Assembly (NCBI RefSeq): GCF_009914755.1
Contig: NC_060926.1
Length of the DNA: 64,000 nt
Strand: one strand, 5' to 3'
Source of the DNA: the human T2T-CHM13v2.0 reference genome, Homo sapiens
In this document: one piece after another, positions 29,995-44,381 of the stretch
Layout: the number at the start of each line of letters is the position of its first letter
Position numbering within the stretch: the first letter of the stretch is position 1
Made by a program: the position numbers and the translations under genes
The notes under the pieces: model-generated
What the model was told of the DNA's origin: nothing
Seen by the model: the letters and a program-made list of their open reading frames with translations, nothing else
Database searches by the model: none

Positions 29995-30140
29995 GAAGTA
30001 TAGGTATCATCCCATTTTACTGATGAAAACTCTGCCGCTCAGGGAAACTGACTTGCCTGTGGTCACACAGCCGGTAATGGAGCTGTGATTTGAACCTGAG
30101 TCTTAGCTTTCCTGGCTCAGTGCCGCTTCACTCTACCAGA
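29995..30140. mobile_element. MIR
   Basis: atcatcccattttactgatgaaaact..gacttgcctgtggtcacacagc..gatttgaacctgagtc. Confidence 0.7.
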
Positions 30141-30522
30141 ACTACCTCATAGCTGGCATAAGTAAAGGTTGTTTGAGGATGTGAAATAGATTCACTTTGG
30201 TTGAGGCACAGGTCATTGGGAGGAGTGGGTAAGGATGGAAATTCACATTGGACCAAGTTACTGGTTCTCCCTGTCTCTGTCTGTACTCTATCCAGAGCGC
30301 GTTTTATGACAATGCGTCTCTGTAATAGGCATGCCGCTTCTTATCTTTAATTTTATGGGTACCTTTGGGCTTTGGGTTTTGTCCATCTTCATTAAAGGCA
30401 AACCACTTTATTGCTCTATTTCTTAGTGGCCATTAAATAAATCATCAGATGGGGATGGGTAATGTGTAGCAGTAGAATGTATTAATAATTGAGTATCCTG
30501 AAATAGACTTTCATTTTTGCAG

Positions 30523-30617
30523 CTCGCCAAGAATATTGGGAATGCAGGCTTTAATGAGATCATGGAATGTTGCCTACCAGCTGAGGACTCAGTCAAACCC
30601 AACCCAGGCAGCGACAT
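30523..30617 (+). CDS. ASAP2: ASAP2 exon ~16 (ArfGAP)
   Basis: ttgcag|CTCGCC...GACAT|gtaagt; 95 nt; LAKNIGNAGFNEIMECCLPAEDSVKPNPGSD(M). Confidence 0.96.
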
Positions 30618-30991
30618 GTAAGTATGGGACTGGCTATTCTCATTTGCTGAGTAAAGGTTTGCCTTTGCCCGAGCCCCGGGAGGCAGGGGAATAAGAAGTT
30701 TTGGGTGCATCCATCGTTGCTTCTTTAGGGAATAAATCAGCCTATGTTGGGTTTTCTTAGTCACTTTAACCTTTTGGGTGACCAAATAGAAATTTTTTTA
30801 GGAAGAAGCCAAAAGCAGGCAGGTTTCGCAGATGCTGTGCGTGTGTGCAGCGGGTATGTAGAGAGCCTCACTCGCCACTGGTGGGTGGAAGACCCTGGAC
30901 TTTTCACCTGTGCTGTCTGTTCTGTTGAGTCACTTCCCCGTCTTGGTCTCTCTGCATAATCCTGAGCCACCGAGATGGCTGGTTGTGGTAG

Positions 30992-31450
<459 letters not shown>

Positions 31451-31952
31451 TGACAACAGGGAATGTTCTTGCCCATCTTATCAGAGTGTCAGTGGCCATG
31501 TCACACTAGTCTTCGAGAAGAGGTGGACAGGGAGACCCATGGGTTCGGGCAGTGGGTGTCCGGCTCGCCTTAGACTTCAGCTCTGTTTAGTATTATGGCT
31601 CTTATGTCTATAGGGGGACATGGGTGGTTTACCTGTTTTGTTGTGATGCAAAGTGAAACAGACGGAAGGAAGGAGAGAGGCTACTGGGCCAGTTAACAGA
31701 GCACCTGCATTTGAGTGGTGAGGCTGGGTCAGCGTGTCCTGGCAGGACAGAGAAAAATGAAAAATATGTGATAAGAAAAAGTATTTAAAAATTCATTTAC
31801 AGAAACAGCATTTTCTGTGGAATAAGCCTGAAGTAGAATTAATGACACGAGTCTTCCCAAAGGACAGTGAGCAACAGTGAACAATGTCTTTAAGGGTGGT
31901 TTCACAAATAGGTGGTAGTGTATGGACCCTTTGTAAAGGGAGAGAATTTAGA

Positions 31953-32235
31953 TTTTTTTTTCCCCTTCAAGACCTCTTGCCCAGGCTGGAGTGCAATGAT
32001 GTGATCTCGGCTCACTGCAGCATCCGCCTCCTGGGTTCGAGTGATTCTCCTGCCTCAGCCTCCTGAGTAGCTGGGACAGGCACATGCCACCACACCCAGC
32101 TAATTTTTTGTATCTTTAGTAGAGATGGGGTTTCACCATGTTGGTCAGGCTGGTCTTGAACTCCTGACCTCGTGATCTGCCCACCTTGGCCTCCCAAAGT
32201 GCTGGGATTACAGACATGAGCCACTGTACCTGGCC
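31953..32235 (-). mobile_element. Alu (Sg-like)
   Basis: antisense Alu; TSD tagattttttt. Confidence 0.9.
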
Positions 32236-33932
32236 TAGATTTTTTTTAACCATTTTGTGTGGCATGTCTTTGAGAAACGGAGATTGCAGGACCTGTATTC
32301 TTTCTGCGTTTTGCTGATGTAACTTGATACAGTGAAAGAGCCAGAACATTGCGAGGGAGTGAACAGGGACCATGTGCATTACAGTCTTTCAGGTATCAGG
32401 TATCTCAGGTGAGCGATTTAGTTGTTGTTGGATTAAAGTCAGTTTATGTTTGAATCCTGTAACAAGTGTTTGTGGTGTCGCATTTCCTTGAGAATTGGAT
32501 AACGTGTGGTTTTACATACCAGGCATGAGGTTGACAATGTGATCATCCTCTCTTGATGAGGATCTAAGTTTCAAATCTATATTTTTACCCAAACCTAGAG
32601 AGGCAGTAGGGACATAGATATCTCAGTCCTTATCTGAGCCATGGGACACCGGCAGATTGTTTAACTTCTCTGAGCCTAAGCTCTGTAATAAAAAAAGGGA
32701 GATAACGTTCCCCCTCACAGAGGCATTGGGGGCATGAGCGGGATGATGGGGTCAGACATGTGGTGCTTAGTTTTAGTGCCTGGTTGACATTAGCTGCCCT
32801 GCTTGCTCTTCTTCCTGTGGGTGACAGAAGTCACATCTGTACCCTGCATTGATTCCATACACCCTGAAAATGAGGTTCCTCTCCAGTTAAGTTTCAGTGG
32901 AGAGTTACTCAAGGTGAAGGAGCTCTTCCTGGGCGAGCCTGAGGGTCCCGCTTGGTGAAGGAAACGTCGTGAATCCAGCATGGCGAGGTCATCTCCTGCT
33001 GTGCAGTTGACACCTGCTCTTTCAGCTGCTTCATCTCACACTGACGGTACCAGCACCCTGTAATGCTGTCATATCGGTCAGTTCTGAACAAAGTGTGTGT
33101 CGTTTCTTCCAAGCACCAGGGGTACCTAACGAAAGCAGGGCATTTGGTTGTTCTGGGGCTAGGCGATTCTAAAAAATGAACACTGTCAATGTGGAACCCT
33201 TCAGTATGAACGTTCTGTCTGCACTGTAGCCCTCCTCCAGCCTTGGCACTGTTGAAAAAGAAATTTACATCCCCCAACCCCGGGCTTTTTTCAAAATGAG
33301 GGCGGATGACCCGTGTGATGGCGAAACATCAGCTACTTCCATTCCTTCTCAACTGAAATTACTTTCTTGGCTCTGTGCTCCTATAGCATTTGGCTCTATT
33401 TTAAAACATTTCATCCCACTTCATAGTATACTCAGGCATTTACATATATTTTTCTGATGAATTACTTCTTACTCATTTTGGTTTTTCCCACCGTAATATG
33501 TTGCTTCTGGTGAACCAGTGACTATTTAATGAATCAGCGAGTCAAACAAGTACTCCCAGCTCTGTGCCTGCTTAAATAAGCTAGTATTTTACTTCCAGAT
33601 GAAAAGGAATACACTGCTTCTAGCTTTATTTCAGAACAGCACACCATCTGCAGATAAATCTGTTGAAGGGGAAACCAAGGACACCCTCTAGTGGCCTGTG
33701 AATCCCAAGACGGATCTTGGGGGTGTCAGGGACGTGTAACTGGGGGAGGTGGAGCAGGGAAGCTAGGCTTGTATTTGCTCACAGGAGCCAGAACTGTTTC
33801 TCCCTGTGACTTGGGACCATTATACACACCCTGTCCTTGAGAAGTGTAAGGAGAGCCCCTCCTCTGAACACCAAATGTATCATTATGTTAATTGTTTTTC
33901 TGCAAAAGCCTGTCATTAAAAAAAAGAGGGAG

Positions 33933-34045
33933 GGCCGGGCGCGGTGGCTCACGCCTGTAATCCCAGCACTTTGGGAGGCCGAGGTGGGCGGATCACGAGG
34001 TCAGGAGATCGAGACCATCCTGGCTAACACGGTGAAACCCCATCT
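33933..34045 (+). mobile_element. AluY left arm only (3'-truncated)
   Basis: near-consensus CpG-rich AluY head (gagatcgagaccatcctggctaacacgg), ends abruptly, no tail. Confidence 0.92.
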
Positions 34046-34532
34046 GAGGGATCACATTAGCAAAGCAAACCTCCTTCACAAAACCAGGGGGCATGTGTGG
34101 AGTTAAACAGACCTGTGCCCATGTTTGTGTAGGAGCTGCCTTCGGGGCCTCCAAGCCCTGGGCAGATGAGTAAATACATTAAAAAACAAGTAAAGGAAGT
34201 CCACTTTCTCTCTATCCCTTTCCTGTGGAGGTCGCAGTAATGATTGTCCCACAGTGATGATTGAAAGTGCATGAAACTGGACAACTGTCCAGTCTAACTG
34301 CCTGTCAGAAGAGGCATTTACATCATTAAATGGGCTGCCCACCATGACACTCGCCAGGCCAGGAATGGAGCATCTCCCTGGGTGTCACACTGTGCTGGAG
34401 GCCCTAAGAGGAGAACCTGCAGGAATAAAATGGGTCTTCCCTTGTAGGCCCACCAGCTGCCTGAGGAAACAGAATCCAGTTTCCCTTTATGGACTTCAGT
34501 GTACAGTAAATCCTGAATGTTCCAGAAACTCA

Positions 34533-35096
34533 AAGGTTTCTGGAAACCTGTGACTTTAAGCAAAATGATGTATAAGAAACCAGTTTTACCCTATGCCAAT
34601 TGATGTAAACCAGAGTTCAGTTCCTACCATGTATTTCTGATCATGAGAACATCACCAAACTTTTGAATAAAGGCCCAGAACACTTCTAATATTAAACATT
34701 GAAATATGAGCGATGCATACATTTAAGAAAGATTCTGGCTACTAAGTGGGATAAAGAAAGATCATAAAAACCAGTAAGATAATGATTCACCCACTTATTC
34801 CAGTTCAGGGTCAGAGGTGGCTGGAGCATGTCCTGGCAGCTGAAGTCCAGGGTGGGAACAAGCCCTGAACAGGACCCCGTCCCACTGTGGGACGCAGTCA
34901 CACCCACGTCCACACTCAGTCGCAGTGGGGCCTTTGAGACACAGCAGTTAGCCGAACGTGCACAGCTTTGGGATGTGGGGGAAACCGGAGTGCCCAGAGA
35001 AAACCCAGGTGGACTCCACACAGACAGGGACCCTGCCTGGGAATTGATTTTTTTCTTAACATTATAACAAAATGCTGTTATTCGAGGGCCTGTTGT
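34533..35096 (-). mobile_element. MER6 (TcMar-Tigger) DNA transposon
   Basis: ttattcgagggcctgttg end and gaaaccggagtgcccagagaaaaccc..actccacacagac internal motif match MER6 as recalled. Confidence 0.8.
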
Positions 35097-36852
35097 GCCT
35101 ACAGGTGGAGATGAAAACTCATGGCACTGTTGAGGGAACCCACTGAGACCACGTATCTCACACACAAGTCAGCCAGCACCGCAGTGAGCTCAGTGCACGG
35201 GTTAGCGCTGTGTGGACGGGGAGCATGTGCCGGGGGACGTTGAGGCACCCGCCTTAACCTAGGCCCTGTAGAGCGGGCAGAACTGGAGCCGGAGCAGGAG
35301 GGAGGCAGTGTGATAAAAGTGCCAGAGCACAAGTTCACCAGGTGCCCCTGGAAGTCCTTCCTGGGCTGTGAAGCATGCTGCCTGCTCAGGTGGAACGGGC
35401 ACCCTGGGGCGTGATTTCCTCTCCAGCTGCACCAGCCAGCCTCACGCTGCGGCGTGTCCAGGAGCCACATGCACCCAAGGACAAGCAGATTTGAGGCCTG
35501 GCAGACGCTGGCAAGAGACCTCTGCCCACTCAGTTCCGTCTGGGTGCTGTGGGAGTAATGGCTTCTCATCTTAGGCTGGCCCATCTTCAAGGGACCCCAG
35601 GGTAGACAGGATCTCTACTCCCTGCCTCCAGTGGCATGTCCAGGGAGCTCAGGCTCCCCTTCTGGGGGGCCAGTTGTTCCACGGGGATTTAGGGCAGGTA
35701 CAGAAAAGTCAACAACTGCTCCAGCAGCCATGGCCCCTTGCCATAGTCAGCTGAGTGAGAGAGCGGAGGTCAGGAGGGAACCGTGCGGGGACTCCAGCTC
35801 GAAGGGGAGCAGCCGCATTTGTCCTCAGATTGTAGGCAGTGCTGTGTTACAAATGGATGCAACTGATCTGCCCCTGCCTGGCTCTTGCCTGATTCTCAAG
35901 ATTCAAAGAGTCCCTGGGCAGTGACCCTCAACCTTCAGAATTGGGATTGTAAAATGCATGTACTCTGTGACCAGTGAGCTGCTGTTTCGCTCTCCCTCTT
36001 GTAAGTTCACTGGGTCTTTCCAAGGCCCGGGACCCACTGTGTGTGCTGCAGGTGTGTTGACGCACATACGTCTCATGGTGCTACTGTGAGGATGTATTGT
36101 GTGCATTTTCGCAAGTCAGACTTACAAGTCTAGAGAGATGAAATACTTATTCAAGTTCAAAGCAGCAGTGTGTGGTGGGAGTGGGATTTGAACTCAGGCT
36201 TCTTTGGCCCCCTTTTGTTCCTGCTTCTGTAGGCTCTTTGGATGGGGCGGAGTCTGAGCATGTTGCCACATAAAGGCCAGAAAGTAGAACACAAAGAGGA
36301 CTGCCATTTCATTTCAGTTCATCTGATAGTGCCTTTCATACCAGGCATGGTGCCTACAAAAAAGAGGTCATAGTCCATGCCCCAAGGAGCTCATGGGCCT
36401 GTCGGGCAGTGAGGCAGGCAGGCCTTCATGTAGAGAATGTTGGAACAGAGGTTGGCCAGGGCTGCATGGAGGGCAGGGGCAGGGCCTTCCTGGGGGAGGA
36501 GGCGCAGGGCATGCGGATTGGAAGGACCTGAATAAGAAGGGTGTGGAGGTGACGAGGGCGACAGTGAGGTCAGATCACAGAACTTAGGAGTGAGGGGAGG
36601 GAGACAAGGCAGAGAGGCGGGTGGGCTGAGAGAACATGGGGAGTTGTCCCCCTGGCCAGTTCCCAGGAGGTCGCAGTGAAGACCAGTGCAGCCGTAGAAC
36701 CACATGGCGGCCACTCCCGCTTTGTGTTTCGGGGCCAGCGGTGCTTACCAGGGACATGGCGCAGGAACCGTTAACATGGCCTTAGACAAAGGGAGGCCGG
36801 ACGGCGGGTAGAAGCCCTTCATGATTTGCAAGGCAATTACGTTTGGTTTCAG

Positions 36853-37042
36853 GAATGCAAGAAAGGACTACATCACAGCCAAGTACATCGAGAGGAGATA
36901 CGCAAGGAAGAAGCACGCGGATAACGCGGCGAAGCTTCACAGTCTTTGCGAGGCCGTCAAAACGAGAGATATTTTTGGATTGCTCCAAGCTTATGCTGAT
37001 GGTGTGGATCTTACGGAAAAAATCCCACTGGCCAACGGACAT
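36853..37042 (+). CDS. ASAP2: ASAP2 exon ~17 (ArfGAP end)
   Basis: tttcag|GAATGC...GGACAT|gtaaga; 190 nt; NARKDYITAKYIERRYARKK...EKIPLANGH. Confidence 0.96.
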
Positions 37043-37082
37043 GTAAGAGTGTGGGTTGTTGCTACTTTAAAAAAAAAAAAAA

Positions 37083-37389
37083 GGCCGGCCACGGTGGCTC
37101 ATGCCTGGGATCCAGTACTTTACTTCAGGAGGCCAAGGCGGAGGATCCTTTGAGCTCAGGAGTTTGAGATCAGCCTGGGCACCATAGGGAGGCCCCATCT
37201 CTACAAAAAAAAAAAAAAAAAAAAGTAAAATTGGCCAGGCATGGTGGTGTACATTTGTAGTCCCAGCTACTCAGGAGGCTGGGGTGAGAGGAATCGGTTG
37301 AGCCCAGAAATTTGAAACTCCAGTGAGCCGTGATTGTGCCACTGGACTCCAGCCTGGCCGACAGAGTGAGACCTTGTCTCAAAAAAAAA
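37083..37389 (+). mobile_element. Alu (J-like) 40 nt after exon 17 donor
   Basis: Alu dimer with expanded middle A-tract. Confidence 0.9.
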
Positions 37390-37514
37390 GGAAAACTGGG
37401 GCACTGTGGCAGGTCTGTGGAATCAGCAGTACTGACCAAAGCTGGGTAATTCTCCAGAGGAAGACGGCACGGAGAGGGGTACTGGGGTAGAATAAACTAG
37501 GGGTTTTTCTTTTC

Positions 37515-37765
37515 AGTAGGAAAATAATTGTATCTATGTTCATGGGGTATGCTGTGATGTTTTTGATCTATGTTTACATCATGGAATGATTACATCAAGC
37601 TAGCTAACATATCCATTACCTCACAGGCTCATCCATTTTTAATGGAGAGCACATTTAAAATCGACTCAGTTTTGAAATAGACGCTATGTAGTCTTACCTG
37701 GAGTCACCAGGCTTTGTAGTAGATCTGCAGGATTTATTCTCCTTGTCTAAAACTTTGTACCCACC
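37515..37765 (-). mobile_element. L1MA-type 3' end fragment
   Basis: atcaagctagctaacatatccattacctcaca, similar to the L1 end at ~24580. Confidence 0.7.
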
Positions 37766-39005
37766 TAGTGGTTTATTCTTACACCAAAAATGTAATGCCA
37801 GCTCTGGAAAGAAAACCCATCTCCAGGTGGAGGAGAAGACATCTCAGAAGCTAGGCAGCCTGAGAGGGACCCCTCATCTGCAAGCAGGTTTAACCTGAGC
37901 TTCATGCTAACGAGAGAAGCTCTCTGAGAGGGGCGGTTCCCTGGAACCCACACCCCACTGTGCTCCCCCTCAGAGGGAATAGAGTAGGAGCAAGACCCCT
38001 CCTTTCCTGGGGGAGCTGTCTTGAGAGGGTGGGCATCCAGCTGGAGTGGGTTTGCAGTAACATACCAGCACCCAAGTGGGGTGGCATGTGTCCAGATTCT
38101 GGTCCACAAATACCCTGTAGATGCACATTTGGTCCCCTGGAACCTCCTGACCTCAGGACTGGGCTGGCTGCCTATCAGCAAGGATGCCTCACGGCTGCAG
38201 CATCTTTCTCTTGGTAACAGGCATGTCCGTGCAGGCTCTGAGCTGGTCCCACTCTCTCCCCATCCCCAGAAAGAACTCATGCCCACCAATGCAGTGTGGA
38301 GGGTGCCCAGCACTGAGCTGTGCTGCCGCCAGAGGGCCCAGCAGGCAGGGCAGGCGGCCTGGGAAGCACCTTCCTTTGCCCTCACCTCCTGTCTTCTGTA
38401 TCTGTCCTTCTCCTCTGGTTCTCTCACCCACCCACCTGCTGAAACAATCCTTGTTCATCTCTTCTCCCCCACCTGCCAGGTGTACTTTCAGAAAAGGCAG
38501 TGGAGTTGGGGAATCCCCAGTATGAGTTGGAGACAGTGCAGTTATTAGCATTCGTAGCCTTGTCTGTAAGTGTAGAACGCAAAACTTTAAGCCTGCTTAA
38601 GAAACATATGTTTCTACTCAAGGAGCAGGTAAAGAGATTGGATTGTAGGTGGCCTGGGGGACCTTCCTGGATCCTTTGAACAAGATTCTTGCTTGCAGGC
38701 AGGGATCTGCCTTGTGGTGCTGATGCAGGGATGGGGACAGGTCGATTGAGAGGACTTAGAAATGAAACTCCTGAACTTCTCATTTATTTCCCATGGAGTC
38801 AGGAGAAACAGGACGAATCTCCAAATTGCACGTTCCCAAGGGCAAAGAGCTTGTGTAGAGATTAAAGAGACTCTATGTAAGAGATAAGTTTCTCGAAGGG
38901 AAAGATAAAAGACTTTTGGAAGAGTTGTACACGATTTCACCGGTGTTGGACACAGAATTGAATGCTCCCATTAGAATTCTGGAATGCCTTTGTTTGGTTT
39001 TTCAG

Positions 39006-39091
39006 GAGCCGGATGAAACGGCCCTCCACCTTGCAGTCAGATCCGTGGATCGAACCTCTCTTCACATTGTAGACTTTTTAGTTCAGAACAG
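39006..39091 (+). CDS. ASAP2: ASAP2 exon ~18 (ankyrin repeat)
   Basis: tttcag|GAGCCG...GAACAG|gtaggt; 86 nt; EPDETALHLAVRSVDRTSLHIVDFLVQN(S). Confidence 0.96.
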
Positions 39092-41041
39092 GTAGGTGTT
39101 CTGAAATTAAGGGAGGCACTCGTTTTCTCCTTGGTATTTCTGGGGAAGGAATCGGACGCTGCCTCATCGCTTCTGATGTGTTGTCAGGAGAACCTTCCCA
39201 GTTCTAAACATGAATTAAAGACAGAAAAAGGACTGCCAGGTGTGAGGTACTCCATGGCAATCCTTTAAAAAAGCACTAGAAACTCTTTTGTGGTAATTGC
39301 AGGGTCCAACTTCTAGTGTCTGGTACTCAGGGAGACACCAAGTAGATATGGCTACTGAACTTGGGGACCCCATGACCACCCTCTGTGCACAGGGGCCGTC
39401 CTCGCCTCATCCTGTGAGCCAGGTCATCGTACTGCGCAAGCAGTGTCCTGAGCAGTAGGGAGGTAGCAGGCAAGGAGGGATCCACACATTAGCCATGGTC
39501 TGAGCCAGAGATTAGAAACCAGAGCACTGGATTATGGGTGTTTTGTTTGGGTCGAGAAGTTGTTTTTATGCTTTGATTAGAAATGGCCTTTAGAGATGTG
39601 CACAGGCAGTTTACCACAGATCTGGGAGTCCCCGTGGTTTGGGGCATATTGCTTCAGTCATGTGTTACCTGCCTGGCAGCTGAAGGCTGGACTTCAAGAC
39701 CCCTCAACGTGTATTTTGACTCCCTGATCGTGGTTTGAGCCATGTGTGTACTGGAGGAGGAGGAGGTGCTGTTAAAAGCCACAGAAATTGCTCCAAAGGA
39801 AATGGAAAATTCCAAAATGCAAAAGCCATGGGATAGTTTGCATTTTGTGTCCTCTGCTTTTTCCTCCCATTTCTGAGCAGAGGAGTGAAGAAATGGCCAG
39901 AAAGTAGGGGAGTGTGGGGTGGTCAACCCCAAGACCTGCAGCTTCTTCCTGAGGAGGCTGAGTTCACTGGACTCGTGGTGGAAGCTGCCCTGATGCCCCA
40001 TCTCTGAGTGCCAGCCCGGCTCCTAGAACGCAGCAGGGGTTTCGTAAACATTTGGTTGATAGCTGCGTGATGCCTCTCCCTCCATGCACATTTTCAGGGG
40101 GCAGGAGAGGGAAGGTCCCAGTTTCTTTTTTTCCAGAGTGGAAGGAGGACAAAAGTGGGGGAGAATTCTGAAAATGAAACACACCCCCCGCTCCCCATGC
40201 CCACAATTTGGTGAAAAAGAAACTCCTTTTTTGATATTGAAAATGTAATTGGTTTCCTTCTCATGGAAGCAGCAGGTGCCACTTCCTGAGATCGCCTTTC
40301 TGTCTCCACTTTGTGCAGGGGCACAAAGCTCACTGCCCCTCCTCAGAATGTGACAGTGGCCATGTTTGCTAGGATTGAGGGCCTGTCCCATGTCTGCCAA
40401 GCCTGAGCACCTTTTGTGGGTGACCTGGTCTTGTGATATGTTGGAAGAACTTTTGAAAATCTCAAGATTCCCCTTTAGCCTGTTTTCAGAGGGTATTCCC
40501 AGGGCAAACAGGCCGAGGAGCCTGGGGACTCTGGGCTTTGGGAAAGTGACTTTTCCCTTTCCTGGAGGGAATATCAAATAATGATAGAGAAAAGCTCAGC
40601 CTCCGTCCTCCCGTGGGACAGGATGGATGAGTCACACAGGCATCCAGAGGCCCTGCATCCAGCACAGCTGGCCGGCCTAGCACAGCAGCCTCGGCGCAGC
40701 CAGTGGGACGTGAGAAGGACGCTGGGCTCTAGGTTCACCCCGGTAGTGCACTGCCCCACCTTGGCCCCACATGCTCAGCAACAACAGGGATGCCCCCCTC
40801 CCCTTTTGACCTCTTCTGCCATCATCGTGTTATTTCCCTGATGACCTTCTGCTAAGGCTTCCCCAGCCATGTAGGCAGGGACGGTGCCAGGTCCCACCAC
40901 CTTGGCGATGATTTACAGAAACCGTTCACTCGGGGACTGTCTGCCTTTCCTGTGCCCGTAGCCCAGGCTCCCTGCCGGGCAGTCCCTGGTCGTCCAGCCT
41001 GTGACACACTATGCTCTCTCTCTGTTCCTGTTCTCGGGCAG

Positions 41042-41157
41042 TGGGAACCTGGATAAACAGACAGGGAAAGGCAGCACAGCCCTGCACTACTGCTGCCTGA
41101 CCGACAATGCCGAGTGCCTCAAGTTGCTCCTGCGGGGGAAGGCCTCCATCGAGATAG
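41042..41157 (+). CDS. ASAP2: ASAP2 exon ~19 (ankyrin repeat)
   Basis: gggcag|TGGGAA...GATAG|gtgagt; 116 nt; GNLDKQTGKGSTALHYCCLTDNAECLKLLLRGKASIEI. Confidence 0.96.
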
Positions 41158-41854
41158 GTGAGTGGGCCCGGGCCCCGGGGGTGGGCTCAGCTGCACCCTG
41201 GCCTCTGCCTCCTGTCTGCCATCCAAGCGCTGCTCTTGGAAACAGGGCCAACCCTGTGGGCTCTTGTTAGTGCCAAAGAGAAGGAGAACCTACCGCTAAT
41301 GAGAAAGAGCCTCTCCCTGCCTGTTCCACGAGGCCGCATTCACCATCTGTTACTTAGACTTTGGGCGCGTTTACAGGCATTTTACAGATCATAAGACAAG
41401 CAAAGGGTGGGTCTTGCAGCTCTCACGGATGCCAGGTGAATTTGGACAAGGTTGGGGAATTTTGACCTGTTCACATACCCTGAGTCTACTCACCCCCACC
41501 TGAGGCCACACTTGGCCCCTTTCTTGGCTCTGGGTTTAGACGGATTACAGGGGGAGATGCTGTTTACTGCCCTCTCCTTTCATTTGCACCACTGCTTCCT
41601 CCATGAAGGGCCCTGGTTGTTACTTGGCCCCGGTCCCTCCCTCTCTCGAGGACCCCGACATGCCAACAGCCAAGGCACAGTTGTGCCTTGAGAGCATCCA
41701 GCTGTTGTCCCCTCAGGAGGAAGTATTTTTGAAGGACTGTTAAATAAAGAGGAAAGAATAGAAAAAAGACACACATCTGCCTGAGAGCCGTGCTTATCAT
41801 TAAAAAACTAATAATCAGACCTCATTGACTGAGGCTTATTTAGAAGAAATTATA

Positions 41855-42160
<306 letters not shown>

Positions 42161-42235
42161 TTATATTGCAGTGCATGGAAATAGGTGAGCAGTGCTTTTC
42201 GTTAGAGGTTTATGATGAATCGCTTTATTCAATGA

Positions 42236-42608
<373 letters not shown>

Positions 42609-42838
42609 TGATTAGTTCAAACTTCATCTTTTAAAGTTTTACCTTCTGTATTTAGCTGTAGTTCTATACAATTACAAGATACATTCAGCCTCGACTAGGT
42701 CAAACTCACTGTGGATTTCATTAACCAGGCCCAATTTAATTTAGTGCTGCCTTTCTGTTCCTTTTAAAAATTGTCCTGGATGTCAGGCCTTTGCTGGGTT
42801 TTGCCTTAACGCCTCCTTTGCTCGCCCTTGAATTTTAG

Positions 42839-42906
42839 CAAACGAGTCAGGAGAGACTCCGCTGGACATTGCCAAGCGCCTCAAGCACGAGCACTGTGAG
42901 GAGCTG
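42839..42906 (+). CDS. ASAP2: ASAP2 exon ~20 (ankyrin repeat)
   Basis: ttttag|CAAACG...GAGCTG|gtgagt; 68 nt; (A)NESGETPLDIAKRLKHEHCEEL. Confidence 0.96.
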
Positions 42907-43549
42907 GTGAGTCTCCCACCACAAGGACGGGGTGGGGCACCTGTCACGGGACAGGGAGCCAAGCCTGTCCTCCTTGGGCAGGGTTTGCTGTGAACCAGTG
43001 TCCTGAGCAGAGCTCAGTGTTTCTGATGGGATGAGCCGAGAATCAGCCTGCCTTGGAGAAGGTATGCTAGGGAGTCTACAGGGAAACCTAGGGGGACCCA
43101 CCCCTCGCAGTGAGACTTGGGGTGTGAGTCAGTGTTTGCTGGTTGGCCGTGTTGGTAACATCACTGCTGTGGTGGGACAACTGGAACAGAGGCCCGAGGC
43201 CACCACAAGGGCCTGCTCTCTGGCCTCCGTAAGCTGTTTACTTGCTACTTTGCAGGACATCAAGGCCAACCTCCTTTCTTTGTTCCTCAGCCCCAGATCA
43301 TGTGGGTTGCTCAATACCATCTTTTCCTGTTCTGGAAGAAAAGACAATGTAGACAGTAGAAAGAGCCCACCAGGCCAGGCAGCCCTGGCCTTGCCGGGGG
43401 CTCCCCAGCTTGGCTTGGGAAGGAAACTCTCTTAGGCTGTTTCCTTATTTCTACAGTGCAGTCAGTTATACCAGTATATAAGGTTGTTGTGAGAATTATT
43501 ATCAAATGCTGTAAAGCAGTTGACACACAGCGCTCAGTAAATAGATTAA

Positions 43550-43990
43550 GGCCAGGCACAGTGACTCACGCCTTGTAATCCCAAAGCTTTGGGAGGCTAA
43601 GGCAGGGGATGATGGCTTGAGGCCAGGAATTCGAGATCAGCCTGGCAACATAGTGAGACTCTGTCTCTGCAAATGATTTAAAAACTAGCAACGCATGGTG
43701 GAGCATGCCTGTAGCCCCAGTTACCCAGGAGGCTAAGGTAGGAGGATCACTTTGAGACCAGGAGTTCAAAGCTACAGTGAGCCATAATGGTGTCACTGCA
43801 CTCCAGCCTGGGCAACAGAGCAACACGCCATCTCCACAAAAACGTTTCGAATTAGCTGGGTGTGGTGGCACGCACCTGCAGTCCCAGCTACTGGGGAAGT
43901 TGAGGTGGGAGAATGGACTTGAGCTTAGGAGTTCAAGACTACAGTGAGCCATGATTATGCCAATGCGCACCAGCCTGGGGGAGAAAAAAA
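43550..43990 (+). mobile_element. AluJ-like trimer (left + right + extra right arm)
   Basis: third arm starts aattagctgggtgtggtgg at ~43850. Confidence 0.85.
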
Positions 43991-44077
43991 AGAACTATTA
44001 ATAATAAATGCTATACAAGTGTAAGATAAGTAACAGGTCCTCTTTCTAAGCACTGTACATCCACGAGCTCATTTAAT

Positions 44078-44381
<304 letters not shown>

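Noticed and set aside
37765-38551. Cluster of overlapping 110-220 aa ORFs (also 61279-61917)
   Set aside because: GC-rich intronic DNA with no domain similarity or splice-consistent structure
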